Source: an uncultured bacterium (GTDB lineage: Bacteria > Electryoneota > B3-LCP). Taken from it: a stretch of DNA of 64,000 bases. Each line of letters opens with the position of its first letter. The stretch's first letter is position 1. The stretch spans positions 168 to 64,167 of the forward strand of contig CAZUTK010000007.1 of NCBI GenBank assembly GCA_964623265.1. The letters are read 5' to 3'. Below, piece by piece: positions 9,138 through 21,537 of this stretch. The notes under the pieces are model-generated. The model searched no databases, was not told the origin of the DNA, and saw only the letters and a list, made by a program, of their open reading frames with translations. The translations under genes were made by a program, and so were the position numbers.

Positions 9138-10151
9138 TCAGGCGGGGCAGAGTTCAAGTGGAAGATCCCTTTTTTCCAGATACTGGCGTGGATTCCGGTC
9201 GAATTCGGCGATATCGGAGCGGATGGAATTCAGATCCGGGAGCTGTGCATTCCCCTGCGCATAGCAATAGAGGCATCCGAATCCGCCGCTGTAACAACTC
9301 ACCGATCCAGTCGAATAACCGATATCCCGGCTGTAGGTGCAGCAGCAGGTCGGCCGTTGTCTGCCGATGCGGTTGTGCGGGATTTCGGTGGCGGGTTTCG
9401 AAGCATACCCTTTGATGCGGTTCAACCAGCGAGCATCAATGCAGCCCCAGTTATCGGTAAGCTCGGGGATGTGAGGTTCACAACAAATGCTGAAATCGCC
9501 GCCTCGGGAGCGAATGAATTCAGCCATTGAAGCGCAGAGGTCTGCAGCTTCCGAATCCGGGATGTGCAGCCAGGTAAGGTTCAATTTTCGAAAGCGGCCG
9601 GCAACTTTTGGATAGCGGACGGCGTCGCCGCGACTGGTGGTGATCCGTCGGATGCCGAGTCCCAGAAATTCCGAGCTGATCCGGCGGAAAATTACTTCGT
9701 CCGCGTTGCTGCAGATTCTCCCCGCCGGCGTGCGGATCCTGATGAAAGGATCATAGCGGAAAAGAACGGCTTCGGGCGGAATCCAGCCTTCGGCGATCAA
9801 GCGCTTCAACTGCGCATGAACCGCTTTCCAGTGAGGAATGCCGGGTTCGATGAAGCTGCCGCCCAGCGAAGTTGCGGTGATCTGCAGCGCGATTTGCACG
9901 TGATGCTTGACCCGCAGCTTCTGCAGCGCATCTCGAAGCTTCCCATGAGTGAGTAGATTCGCGGGATCTTTCGTCCAGAGCACCACGCTGTGCAGCGCAG
10001 ACGGGTCCACCCGGCCGAACGGTCCATGCGGACCCCATCGGCAGGGAGCTTTCCCCAAGAGAATATCCGCCAACAGATCCGGCACGCGGTGAACCATGTC
10101 CTTTGTGCGGGAAGCGGAGAGGATCAACGGCGTTTGCAGATCGTGGATCAT
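9138..10151 (-). CDS. DUF1848-like protein (Cys-rich C-terminus)
   Basis: N-terminal LILSASRTKD resembles the ISASRRTD signature I recall for DUF1848. C-terminal cluster RPTCCCTYS ... CYSGGFGCLYCYAQG suggests a metal/Fe-S site. Convergent with the MttB gene (6-nt spacer). Confidence 0.4.
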   Translation of the reverse strand: MIHDLQTPLILSASRTKDMVHRVPDLLADILLGKAPCRWGPHGPFGRVDPSALHSVVLWTKDPANLLTHGKLRDALQKLRVKHHVQIALQITATSLGGSFIEPGIPHWKAVHAQLKRLIAEGWIPPEAVLFRYDPFIRIRTPAGRICSNADEVIFRRISSEFLGLGIRRITTSRGDAVRYPKVAGRFRKLNLTWLHIPDSEAADLCASMAEFIRSRGGDFSICCEPHIPELTDNWGCIDARWLNRIKGYASKPATEIPHNRIGRQRPTCCCTYSRDIGYSTGSVSCYSGGFGCLYCYAQGNAQLPDLNSIRSDIAEFDRNPRQYLEKRDLPLELCPA

Positions 10152-10295
10152 AGCCTTAAAGTAAAAAGAGCTTCGTGCAAAAGCAAGATGATTCCCGGAG
10201 AATCAATCAAGGTGCCGAGGGGAAAGAGGGGAAAGTTGATTGTCCAAAAATCCGTTGATTTTCTCGCGAAGGTTTCGTAATATCTGACTGTAAGG

Positions 10296-11090
10296 ATGAC
10301 GGCGGCGCACCTTCAGAGTTTGATGCTTGCACTGATTCTGTCCGGTTTGGTCGGCTTTCTCTCTTTCAAACTCGGATTCCTGACAAGTTCCGGTGCGGTC
10401 GCGGCTCTTTTTCTGGGAACTGTGATCCTCGGGTTCGGCGGTTGGGATGCGGTCTTCCCAATGATGGCGTTTTTCGTGAGCTCTTCGTTGTTGTCGAAAG
10501 CTTGTGCTCGTTCCCATCCGCACCGGGAAGCCGTGAAGTCGTCCCGCCGTGATGCGGCTCAAGTTCTGGCGAACGGAGGCGCCGCGGCGCTGTTAGTGAC
10601 GGCTCAGGCAATGAGTGGATTCAATTTTTACCCGGCGTTTTTGGGCGCCGTTGCCGCCGCCAACGCAGACACCTGGAGCACCGAATTGGGGATGCAATTC
10701 GGGCGCAAACCTCGTCTTCTTTTCGGCAAGTGTCCGGTGCCCCCGGGAACTTCGGGCGGAGTCACGGCGGCGGGGTTCATCGCCGCGCTGCTGGGAGCGA
10801 TTTTGATTGCCTGGACGGGATATTGGAGCGCACCGACCATTACGAAGGTCGGCGTATGGGCAGTCGTCATCGCTGGTTTCGCAGGCAGCATCAGCGACAG
10901 CCTTTTAGGCGCTTTCTGGCAGAGGCGCAATCGCTGCGCAGTCTGCGGGACAACGACGGAAGACGACATACATTGCGACCGGAAAAGCGCCTACGCCGGC
11001 GGCATCCGCTGGCTGAACAACGATGCCGTAAATCTCTTTTGCACGGTGTGCGGCGCTGTCATAGCAGGCATCCTAACTTATGGATTCTAA
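10296..11090 (+). CDS. DUF92 (TMEM19-like) integral membrane protein with C-terminal CxxC zinc-ribbon extension
   Basis: Motifs NADTWSTELG, GGVTAAGFIAA and SDSLLGA typical of DUF92. C-terminal CAVCGTTTEDDIHCDRK. Confidence 0.65.
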   Translation: MTAAHLQSLMLALILSGLVGFLSFKLGFLTSSGAVAALFLGTVILGFGGWDAVFPMMAFFVSSSLLSKACARSHPHREAVKSSRRDAAQVLANGGAAALLVTAQAMSGFNFYPAFLGAVAAANADTWSTELGMQFGRKPRLLFGKCPVPPGTSGGVTAAGFIAALLGAILIAWTGYWSAPTITKVGVWAVVIAGFAGSISDSLLGAFWQRRNRCAVCGTTTEDDIHCDRKSAYAGGIRWLNNDAVNLFCTVCGAVIAGILTYGF

Positions 11091-11106
11091 ACGATTTAAA
11101 TACACA

Positions 11107-13335
11107 ATGTCTCACGGTAAAATGATAAACCGAAAACGCATCCCGCACCTTCGCTTGACCCTTCTTGTCTGCGGTTTCCTCTGGATCATGCTGGAGATTG
11201 CGGCGGTCGAGGCGGCGGAAGAGGCTTTCCGCATTCAACATCACGATTTGTCCCTCGAAGTGAACCCTTTGGAGCATCATCTTTCAGCGGTGGATCGAAT
11301 CACATTCACGGCCGAGTCCAAACTCGGTAAAGAGGACTCCATCTTATTATTGTTGCGTAGAGGGCTGGATGTCCGCAGCGTTCTAATTGAAGGAAAGCGC
11401 GTTGAATTCAGCCTAGAGACGAATGTGGATCCCCATAATTTCTCCGCCGCTCCGGATTCCGAGGATGTCGCTTATTATCAGCGCGCACAGGGGGTGCGAA
11501 TCCCCATCGGAAAGACCATCGCGAAGAAAAGCCGTTTCCAGTTGGAGATCGCTTATCAGGGATTTGTGGGGGACAGCCTGGCTTCCGCCGATTTCAGCCG
11601 GGAATACGTTGCGGATCAAATCACCGCCTATGTGGGTGCGGAAGGTATCTATCTTAGCCCGGAAGGCATCTATTATCCTGCGATGCCGGGACAGCTTTTC
11701 ACATATGCCTTGAAGGCGACGATTCCGGATTCCTTCTTCTCGATGTCGGAAGGAACCAGAATCCAGAATATGGTGCTATCCGGCAAACGAACCGAAGTTT
11801 GGGTGGAAAAACATCCGCTGGATGCATTTCACTTGATCGCGGGTCCGTATCAAATCCATGAGATGGAACAGGACGGGGTTACAATTCAGACCTATTTCTA
11901 TGCCCAATCCGAAGATCTGGTGGAATCTTACCTGCAAGCTTGCGCGCGTTATGTGGCGTTGTACGACAGTTTGTTAGGTACTTATCCCTTCGAGAAATTC
12001 GCGGTAGTGGAGAACTTTTTCCCCACGGGGTACGGAATGCCTTCCTTCACGCTGCTGGGTTCGGAAGTCATCCGGCTGCCGTTCATCATCGGCACATCCC
12101 TCGGACACGAAGTCTGCCATAACTGGTGGGGAAATTCGGTTTACGTGGACTATGCCTCCGGCAATTGGTGCGAAGGCTTGACGACCTACTGCGCGGACTA
12201 CCTCTACAAGACGCAGAAATCGGATCAGGAAGCCCGGCAATACCGTCTCGACCTAAATCGTGACTACACCGCCTACACCGACGACCACAACGACTTCCCC
12301 TTGAAGGATTTTCGCGAACGCCATAACCCGGCGCAGAGAGCGGTGGGATACGGCAAAAGCGCTATGATCTTCCATATGTTAGAGAGACAAGTCGGCGCAG
12401 ACGCGTTCTGGCGCGCCTTGCGGGCGTTCTATCGGGACAATGTCTTTCAATTCGGAAGTTGGCGGAAGCTGCAGAAAGCCTTTGAAGTGGAAGCGGATAC
12501 CAATCTAAGCTGGTTTTTCGATCAGTGGGTGAACCGCACCGGCGCCCCTTACCTCGCGATCCAGTCCCCGGCTCTGGGACGTTCCACCCATCCTTCCGTC
12601 GGACATCTCGCTACTTTCACAATCACCCAACAGCAGCCCGGTGAACCCTATATTCTGGACGTTCCGATCATCGCATCCGACGGGATCCAAGACACCATTC
12701 TGATCCGGCGGATCGAGGAGCGCGATGCGTTGGTGAAAATCGAGTTGCCGTTTCAGCCGAAGACCGTATCCGTGGATCCGAATTTCGAGCTCTTTCGCCG
12801 CCTGCACCGCGCGGAAATCCCGCCGACGCTGGCGGAAGTATTCGGTTCGCGGACTTTGATTCTGGTCTTACCGTCCAACGCCGCGCCGGATCTGATCGAG
12901 GCGTACCGACAGACGGCGCAGCAGATCAACCGAGAAGGACGATACCGCATCATCCAAGATCAGGAGTTAACCCCCGACGACCTCCGGACGAACTCCCTGT
13001 TTTTCTTCGGGACGCCGCGCGAGAATCTTGCGATTCCGGCGGAATGGCTCGAGCATATAAGTTGGGAAGTATCGGATGATCGCTTCCTCCTGCAGGGCGC
13101 GAGTTATCCTGGACTGGGGTATTCCCTAGTGATTGTGGAGAGAAATCCCGCGGACGGAAAACATTCCGTCGGCTTTTTTGCCGCGCGACGCGTCCAGGAT
13201 GCGCAGGAAGTAGGACGGAAGCTGATTCACTACGGAAAATATAGTTATCTGGTCTTTCAAGACGGCAAGAATCAGGTGAAGGGCGTCTGGGACGTAGTGG
13301 AAAGCCCTATGACCATTTCATTCCAAGGAGAATAG
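11107..13335 (+). CDS. M1-family zinc metallopeptidase (aminopeptidase N-like), secreted/membrane-anchored
   Basis: HEVCHNWWGN-x18-E gluzincin motif (HEXXH-X18-E). N-terminal hydrophobic anchor LRLTLLVCGFLWIMLEIAAV. Start uncertain (ORF track 11080; ATG at 11107 or 11122). Confidence 0.75.
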   Translation: MSHGKMINRKRIPHLRLTLLVCGFLWIMLEIAAVEAAEEAFRIQHHDLSLEVNPLEHHLSAVDRITFTAESKLGKEDSILLLLRRGLDVRSVLIEGKRVEFSLETNVDPHNFSAAPDSEDVAYYQRAQGVRIPIGKTIAKKSRFQLEIAYQGFVGDSLASADFSREYVADQITAYVGAEGIYLSPEGIYYPAMPGQLFTYALKATIPDSFFSMSEGTRIQNMVLSGKRTEVWVEKHPLDAFHLIAGPYQIHEMEQDGVTIQTYFYAQSEDLVESYLQACARYVALYDSLLGTYPFEKFAVVENFFPTGYGMPSFTLLGSEVIRLPFIIGTSLGHEVCHNWWGNSVYVDYASGNWCEGLTTYCADYLYKTQKSDQEARQYRLDLNRDYTAYTDDHNDFPLKDFRERHNPAQRAVGYGKSAMIFHMLERQVGADAFWRALRAFYRDNVFQFGSWRKLQKAFEVEADTNLSWFFDQWVNRTGAPYLAIQSPALGRSTHPSVGHLATFTITQQQPGEPYILDVPIIASDGIQDTILIRRIEERDALVKIELPFQPKTVSVDPNFELFRRLHRAEIPPTLAEVFGSRTLILVLPSNAAPDLIEAYRQTAQQINREGRYRIIQDQELTPDDLRTNSLFFFGTPRENLAIPAEWLEHISWEVSDDRFLLQGASYPGLGYSLVIVERNPADGKHSVGFFAARRVQDAQEVGRKLIHYGKYSYLVFQDGKNQVKGVWDVVESPMTISFQGE

Positions 13336-13337
13336 CA

Positions 13338-15349
<2,012 letters not shown>

Positions 15350-15353
<4 letters not shown>

Positions 15354-16990
15354 AGGGTACCCCGCATGGACTCGAACCGATGCGAATAGACTCTGACTTT
15401 TTGTTGATTGGATCGGGGATAGGCGGTTTGACCTTCGCGCTGGAGGTTGCGAATTTCGGCACGGTCGCGATTGTCACCAAAAAATCCGATGAAGAATCCA
15501 ACACGAACTACGCTCAGGGTGGAATCGCAGCGGTCATATCGGAGAAAGACAGCTTTCAGAGCCACATCGAAGACACCTTGCAAGCCGGCGCGGGACTGTG
15601 CAAGCGCCGCGTCGTCGAAATGGTGGTGCGCAAGGGGCCCGAAAGCATACGGAAGCTCATCCACTGGGGGGTGCGGTTTTCGGTGAAGCACAACCATAAA
15701 AAAACCCTCGCATTGGGACGCGAAGGCGGGCATTCCCACGAACGCATCGTTCACGCCGCGGATTTAACCGGCGCCGAAGTGGAAAGGGCGCTGCTGGAGC
15801 GAGTCAAGAATCACCCCAATATCCGCATTTATCCTCATCATCAAGCGGTTGACTTGATCTGCGCTTCGCCGCGAAAGAATTCCAAATCCGAGAAATCCAG
15901 TCGCTGCTATGGCGCTTATGTCCTCGATGTAGAGAGCGGGGAAGTGCTGATCTTCGTCGCCAAAATCACGCTGCTAGCGACCGGCGGATGCGGCAGGGTC
16001 TATCTGCACACAACCAACCCGGAAATCGCCACGGGCGATGGGATCGCCATGGCGTATCGCGCGGGTGCACCCGTCGCCAATCTCGAGTTCATGCAATTCC
16101 ATCCCACGGCGTTGTACATCCCGGAAGCCAAATCTTTTCTCATTTCTGAAGCCGTGCGGGGTTTCGGTGGTATTTTGAAGACGATTGCCGGGGAACGTTT
16201 TATGGAGAAATATCATCCTGCGAAAGAATTGGCTCCGCGAGATGTCGTAGCCCGAGCCATTGACCAGGAGATGAAACTTTCGGGCGATCCGTATGTGCTA
16301 TTGGATTTGACGCATCTCAAGTCTTCGAAAGTCAAGGAGCGTTTCCCTAATATTTACCGGCGATGCCTGGAATATCATCTCGATGTTACCTGTGAGCCCA
16401 TACCGGTTGTGCCTGCGGCGCACTATATGTGCGGCGGCGTCCGGACGGATCTGAAAGGAAAGACCTCTATCGCCGGTCTATATGCCACCGGCGAAGTGGC
16501 TTGCACGGGTTTGCATGGTGCCAATCGTCTGGCATCGAATTCACTGCTGGAAGCGCTGGTATTTTCGCAGGAGGCGGCGAAAGCCTGCATTGCGGAGCTG
16601 AAATCAACTCGGAAGCCGGCGGGATTGGAAGAATGGGTGAAAACCGGGGATGCCAATCATGAAGAATGGGTGTTGATCTCGCACGATCGCGAAGAGATCC
16701 AGCGGTTGATGTGGGATTACGTGGGAATCGTCCGCGCCGACAGCCGATTGCAGCGAGCTCGGAAGCGCATCCAGCTGATCCGCGCCGAAATCGAAGAATT
16801 TTATGAGAAGTCTCCTCCGGCTGTGGGTATTATAGAACTGAGAAACCTGGCTCTGGTTTCCCAGTTGATCATCCTTTCGGCGCTGCGGCGCAAGGAAAGC
16901 CGCGGCTTGCACTTCAATACGGATCATCCGGAACGCGATGACCGGCATTGGCGCAGAGATACCATCCTGCGCAGATCAGAGCGAGGGTGA
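15350..16990 (+). CDS. nadB: L-aspartate oxidase (FAD flavoprotein, NadB/SdhA/FrdA family)
   Basis: FAD motif DFLLIGSGIGG. HPTALYIPE and HYMCGGVRTDLKGKTSIAGLYATGEVACTGLHGANRLASNSL. ~530-aa length. No covalent-FAD His context. GTG start overlaps the ftsB stop (GTGA); alternative ATG at 15380. Confidence 0.7.
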
Positions 16991-17371
16991 GTTTCCCGTC
17001 ATTCCGTTTCGTTTACCGCCGTTCCGTTCTTTTTGCCGTGCGTACAACGAACCTGCCGCCAGAATGCCGATGCCGGGCAGCAGAAAAATCAACCCCCACC
17101 CCCAATCGCTATCCCCTTCGATGATCATAGCGATCATCATCGCCAAGCCGAATCCGATCAGAATGAAACCCCAGAGATAGGGATTCTTGCTCTTTTCAGC
17201 TTGAGGCGGGGGAGAAGGCAAAGCGACGCCTTTTTCAATGGCGAGCATTCTCTCCTTATGCTCCATTTCATTTCTCTTAGCGCGGTAGTCAAAGGACGCG
17301 ATCGCGATTGCCACACCGGCTAAAATCGCGATGATCGGTATACTGAATGGAAGTACTTCGACGAGTCCCAC
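16976..17371 (-). CDS. Hypothetical small membrane protein (3 TM)
   Basis: GTG start with strong SD (AAAAAGGAGAG). Hydrophobic segments with GDSDWGWG loop. Convergent 15-nt overlap with the nadB 3' end. Confidence 0.45.
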   Translation of the reverse strand: MGLVEVLPFSIPIIAILAGVAIAIASFDYRAKRNEMEHKERMLAIEKGVALPSPPPQAEKSKNPYLWGFILIGFGLAMMIAMIIEGDSDWGWGLIFLLPGIGILAAGSLYARQKERNGGKRNGMTGNSPSL

Positions 17372-17522
17372 GATGACTCTCCTTTTTTTTATCTTTCTAT
17401 TGGTTAGACTCAGGCAGAATCTACCCGGTTACATCGAAAAGGGCAGAATCATACCGTCAATAGGATGAACGCGGCTTTCCCCTTGCGCGCGATGGAAAAG
17501 TCTTGTTCAGGCATCTTTCCGA

Positions 17523-17885
17523 GTGTACATTATGATGCAAACAGCGCAGACTCACGAGGAGAGGATGACGGATAAACACTGTCCCTTTGACACGCAGCCT
17601 TGTCAGAATGTGGATGAGCTGATTCAGGATTCACAATGTACAAAGTTGGCAGCGTTGGAAAGATCCGTGAAGGAATTGAGGCACGCGATCAACAATCCGC
17701 TGTTGCTGATCATCGGGCATACGCAGCTTCTCCTGGCTAAGGAAGGGACACTCCCTGCGGGAACGCGGACGAAATTGGAAAAAATCCTACAAAACGCGGA
17801 GAAGATCCGTTCTATTGTGGAAGATTATGAGGATATGAAACGAATCCTTTTAATAAAAGAATCTTCTGAGTCCATCGAGACCTGA
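17523..17885 (+). CDS. Stand-alone HisKA (dimerisation/phospho-acceptor) domain protein without ATPase domain
   Basis: H-box-like ELRHAINNPLLLIIGHTQLL. N-terminal Cys cluster HCPFDTQPCQNVDELIQDSQC. No HATPase_c anywhere downstream before the terminator. Confidence 0.5.
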   Translation: MYIMMQTAQTHEERMTDKHCPFDTQPCQNVDELIQDSQCTKLAALERSVKELRHAINNPLLLIIGHTQLLLAKEGTLPAGTRTKLEKILQNAEKIRSIVEDYEDMKRILLIKESSESIET

Positions 17886-17908
17886 GAAGGAAATAAAGAA
17901 AGATTGAG

Positions 17909-17960
17909 TCAAGCGTTTCGTCGGTGGGATGCTGCCGGGGAAATCGCTTGACTTTTTTTT
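17909..17960 (+). terminator. Rho-independent terminator after HisKA gene
   Basis: TCAAGCGTTTC ... GAAA(T)CGCTTGA stem (11 bp, one bulge) followed by CTTTTTTTTC. Confidence 0.5.
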
Positions 17961-18011
17961 CACCCTTTCGTATCTTATTCTGCGGTAAATAGAACTCAGG
18001 AGTCATCGAAA

Positions 18012-18878
18012 ATGGCGATACTAGTTACGCGTTCTTCTCGGGTCATTGTTCAGGGCATCACGGGTGGGGCGGGATCTTCGCATACGCAGAGGATGCTGAA
18101 TTACGGCACGAAGATCGTCGCCGGTACCTCCCCCGGCAAAGGCGGCGAAACAGTTCACGGCGTGCCGGTGTATGATACGGTCAAGGAGTGCGTCGAAAAG
18201 CATCAAGCGGACACGTCCGTTATTTTTCTGCCGGCGAGATTCGTGATGGAAGCCGGCATCGAAGCGGTTCGAGCCGGCATCAAGCTGGTGGTCGTCGTTC
18301 CGGAACACATCCCCATCGCAGATATGCTCAAGCTGCGTCAGGAAGCTCAAAAATGCGGCGCGAGGATCCTGGGGGGGAATACCGCCGGCATTATTTCGCC
18401 CGGGCAGGCGAACGTCGGCATCATCCCGGATGTCGCCTTCAAACCGGGGCGCATCGGCACGGTGTCCCGATCCGGATCTTTGACCTATTATATCGCCGAT
18501 ACTCTGACTCGGGAGGGATTCGGCGAAACCACCTGCGTGGGTTTGGGAGGGGATCCTGTCCTGGGCAGCACGTTTTCGGAAATCCTCGCGTTGTTCGAAG
18601 CCGATCCCGAGACGAAAGCGGTCGTCTTGGCGGGGGAAATCGGAGGCGTTTATGAGGAGATGGCTGTGGAAACCATCAAGGGGATGAAAAAGCCGGTCGT
18701 CGCCATGATCGGTGGGCTTTATGCGCCTCCCGGCAAACGCATGGGGCATGCCGGCGCCATTGTGGAAGGTCAGATGGGGACCGCTAAATCCAAACTGGAC
18801 GCGCTCACCAAAGCGGGAGCTCACCCAGCGCTCACCTTTCAGGACATCCCCCGTATTCTGAATCAATTAAACGTATGA
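18012..18878 (+). CDS. sucD: Succinyl-CoA synthetase alpha-subunit-like CoA-binding protein (no adjacent beta subunit)
   Basis: CoA-binding Rossmann domain ([12 protein letters not shown]) and phospho-His loop [18 protein letters not shown]. No sucC in the window. Confidence 0.7.
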   Translation: MAILVTRSSRVIVQGITGGAGSSHTQRMLNYGTKIVAGTSPGKGGETVHGVPVYDTVKECVEKHQADTSVIFLPARFVMEAGIEAVRAGIKLVVVVPEHIPIADMLKLRQEAQKCGARILGGNTAGIISPGQANVGIIPDVAFKPGRIGTVSRSGSLTYYIADTLTREGFGETTCVGLGGDPVLGSTFSEILALFEADPETKAVVLAGEIGGVYEEMAVETIKGMKKPVVAMIGGLYAPPGKRMGHAGAIVEGQMGTAKSKLDALTKAGAHPALTFQDIPRILNQLNV

Positions 18879-19657
18879 ATCCATCCGCCGCCGATCGTTT
18901 TCGGGAGCTGATCGAAATTCTGCAAAGATTGCGCGCTCCCGACGGCTGCCCCTGGGATCGCGAACAGACCTTTGATTCCTTGCGCCCCTATCTCCTGGAA
19001 GAGACCTACGAAATCCTCGAAATTCTCGACGAGAAAAGCTACACCCGGCTCAGGGAGGAGCTGGGCGATCTTCTCTTGCATATCGTTTTTCAAGCCCAGA
19101 TTGCCACGGAGATGAACCTCTTCGACATTGCGGATGTCCTCGAAACGATCAATCAAAAGTTGATCCGCCGGCATCCCCATGTGTTCGGTGATGTCCGCGT
19201 CGAATCCGCGCGTCAGGTGGAGAAGAACTGGGAGAGCATCAAGCTGGGGGAGAAGAATCAATCCGTGCTGGGGGGAGTGCCCAAGCATCTTCCCGCCCTC
19301 CTGCGAGCCTATCGGGTGCAGGAGAAGGCTTCCGGCGTGGGATTCGACTGGGTGAGCGATCGGGATGTGCTGGCTAAAATCCGGGAAGAGATCCGCGAAT
19401 TGAGCCGCGCGAAATCATCCGGGCGGCAAGATAGGGTTGAGGATGAGTTCGGGGATCTTCTATTTTCACTGGTGAATCTCGCGCGATTCTGGGGCGTAAC
19501 CCCTGAAGACGCCCTGCAGAAGACGGTGCGCAAATTCATCCGTCGCTTTCATTACATCGAAGAGGCATTGAAGCAGCGCGGCAAAAGCGCGAATCAAGCC
19601 ACGCTGGAGGAGATGGATGCGTTGTGGGAGGAAGCGAAGGCGGTTGCGGATGAGTAG
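18875..19657 (+). CDS. mazG: Nucleoside triphosphate pyrophosphohydrolase MazG
   Basis: Two MazG repeats with EExYExLEIL and EEFGDLLFSLVNLARF motifs. Start overlaps the sucD stop (ATGA). Confidence 0.9.
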   Translation: MNPSAADRFRELIEILQRLRAPDGCPWDREQTFDSLRPYLLEETYEILEILDEKSYTRLREELGDLLLHIVFQAQIATEMNLFDIADVLETINQKLIRRHPHVFGDVRVESARQVEKNWESIKLGEKNQSVLGGVPKHLPALLRAYRVQEKASGVGFDWVSDRDVLAKIREEIRELSRAKSSGRQDRVEDEFGDLLFSLVNLARFWGVTPEDALQKTVRKFIRRFHYIEEALKQRGKSANQATLEEMDALWEEAKAVADE

Positions 19658-19664
19658 AAAAGAA

Positions 19665-20072
19665 TCAGACCGGCTCGGGACGGGTGGGATTTTGAGAGGT
19701 GCTGCGGATCTTCTGGCGGGCTCGCTCAACGGCGGTTAAAACGTCGGCGGTCTTGAACGGCTTGGTCAAATAACCGCTCGCCCCCAGCTTCATCGCTTCC
19801 CGAACGGTGTACTCCTGACTGAATCCCGTCATGATGATCACCGCGGTATCCGCTGAAACGCCGCGGATTTTTTTCAGCAGTTCGAAGCCGTCCATATTGG
19901 GCATTTTGATGTCGGTTAAGATGAGGTCGTAGCAGGTGATCTGCATTTTTTCCCAAGCCGACGCGCCGTCCTCCGCACAATCCACGGAATAGCCTTCTTC
20001 TTGCAGAAAACGAGTCAGCGTTTCGCGAATGAAACGCTCGTCGTCCACCACTAAGATCGAAATCGTCTTCAT
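19665..20072 (-). CDS. Single-domain response regulator (CheY-like receiver)
   Basis: ILVVDDE ... DLILTDIKMPNMDG ... KPF. Confidence 0.8.
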   Translation of the reverse strand: MKTISILVVDDERFIRETLTRFLQEEGYSVDCAEDGASAWEKMQITCYDLILTDIKMPNMDGFELLKKIRGVSADTAVIIMTGFSQEYTVREAMKLGASGYLTKPFKTADVLTAVERARQKIRSTSQNPTRPEPV

Positions 20073-20073
20073 T

Positions 20074-20553
20074 TTAAGATCGAATCCCCGTTTGCAGATC
20101 CTCTAAGATTCTCCGCAGCGGCGCCGGCATCCGCCGCAGCTTGCCGTGAAGATTCATGAAACAATGTACGGTGAAACCTTCCGCAAGAGAGTGAATTTCT
20201 GAACTTTTAAAGATGGTGTATTGGAAGCGGAGGCTGGCGCCGGTAAATTCTACCACCCGGGTGCACACCGTGAGCACATCGTCATATTCGGCGCCCTTAT
20301 AATATCTGCAGCCCGCTTCGATGACGGGCAGAAAGAGTCCCTCTTTTTCGAGCTCGGCGTACGGCTTCCAGACTCTCCGGATGAAATCAGCGCGTCCGGT
20401 TTCAAAATACTCGAAGTAATTCGCGTGATACACTACCCCCATTCTGTCCGTATCGGCGTAGCGAACGCGGACCGAAGTTTTTTCGAAATCTCGGAAATCG
20501 TTCGTGTTCATCCCGCCTGCCATATATTTCCAGCCTATTTCGCTATATCCCAT
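20074..20553 (-). CDS. Acyl-CoA thioesterase, 4HBT/YbgC family
   Basis: Hot-dog-fold signature [22 protein letters not shown]. True start probably an internal ATG (20523 or 20511), which avoids the overlap with accA. Confidence 0.7.
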   Translation of the reverse strand: MGYSEIGWKYMAGGMNTNDFRDFEKTSVRVRYADTDRMGVVYHANYFEYFETGRADFIRRVWKPYAELEKEGLFLPVIEAGCRYYKGAEYDDVLTVCTRVVEFTGASLRFQYTIFKSSEIHSLAEGFTVHCFMNLHGKLRRMPAPLRRILEDLQTGIRS

Positions 20554-21500
20554 TTCCCCGCCCGAAAGTAGCGTTGATGCCGCTGTCGGATGAGTTCCTC
20601 GATCGGGAGGCTCTGCAATTCCTGCAGAACTCGTGCGATCACCGTGCTGATGTTTTCCGCGGTTTTATCCGGATCGCGGTGTGCGCCTCCCAGCGGTTCC
20701 GGGATCACTTCATCAATCAGCTCCAGTTCCAGAAGATCCGGGGCAGTGACGCGCATCGCTTCCGCGGCTTTAGGAGCTTCCGCGGCGTTCCGGTAGAGGA
20801 TGGAGGCGCAGCCTTCCGGTGAGATGACGGAATAGATCGAATTTTCCAGCATCAGAATCCGGTCGGCGACGCCGATTGCCAGCGCCCCTCCCGACCCTCC
20901 CTCCCCGATGACAACGGCGAGGATGGGGACTTGCAAATTCGCCATCGTAAACAAGTTGGAGGCGATGGCTTCCGCTTGTCCGCGCTCTTCCGCGCCTAAC
21001 CCGGGGTAGGCGCCGGGCGTATCAATGAAACTGATGACAGGACGCTCAAACCGCGCCGCCAGTTCCATCAATCGTTTGGCTTTGCGGTATCCTTCCGGAT
21101 TGGGCATGCCGAAATTGCGATAGAGGTTCTCTTTGGTCCCCCGCCCCTTTTGGTGTCCCATAATGAATACGGGTTTTCCTTGAAAACCTGCGAAACCGCA
21201 GACAATCGCCGCGTCATCGCTGTAACGCCGATCTCCGTGCAATTCGACAAAATCGCTGAAGATGCGCCGAATATAGTCCAGAGTATAAGGGCGGTTCGGA
21301 TGTCGGGCAAGCTGGACGCGCTGCCAACGAGTCAAAGATGAATAGACTTCGGCGCGCAGCTTTTCCATCTTCTTTTCCAGGCGGGCGATTTCCTCTCCTA
21401 ACTCGATGTTGCTGCTGCCGGACAGCGCCTTCATCTCGGCGATCTTCTTCTCCAGATCCGCAATAGGTTTTTCAAAGTCCAGCGTCGAAATTTCCGCCAT
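20535..21500 (-). CDS. accA: Acetyl-CoA carboxylase carboxyltransferase alpha subunit
   Basis: Full-length AccA pattern ([49 protein letters not shown]). Confidence 0.9.
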   Translation of the reverse strand: MAEISTLDFEKPIADLEKKIAEMKALSGSSNIELGEEIARLEKKMEKLRAEVYSSLTRWQRVQLARHPNRPYTLDYIRRIFSDFVELHGDRRYSDDAAIVCGFAGFQGKPVFIMGHQKGRGTKENLYRNFGMPNPEGYRKAKRLMELAARFERPVISFIDTPGAYPGLGAEERGQAEAIASNLFTMANLQVPILAVVIGEGGSGGALAIGVADRILMLENSIYSVISPEGCASILYRNAAEAPKAAEAMRVTAPDLLELELIDEVIPEPLGGAHRDPDKTAENISTVIARVLQELQSLPIEELIRQRHQRYFRAGKWDIAK

Positions 21501-21537
21501 GAATCACCTTTTAAGCAAGTTTTCGATCAGCATCCGC

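Noticed and set aside
18021-18866. 281-aa minus-strand ORF
   Set aside because: Exactly antisense to the sucD-like gene, which has unmistakable CoA-binding and phospho-His motifs. Arg/Gly-rich translation, no start context.
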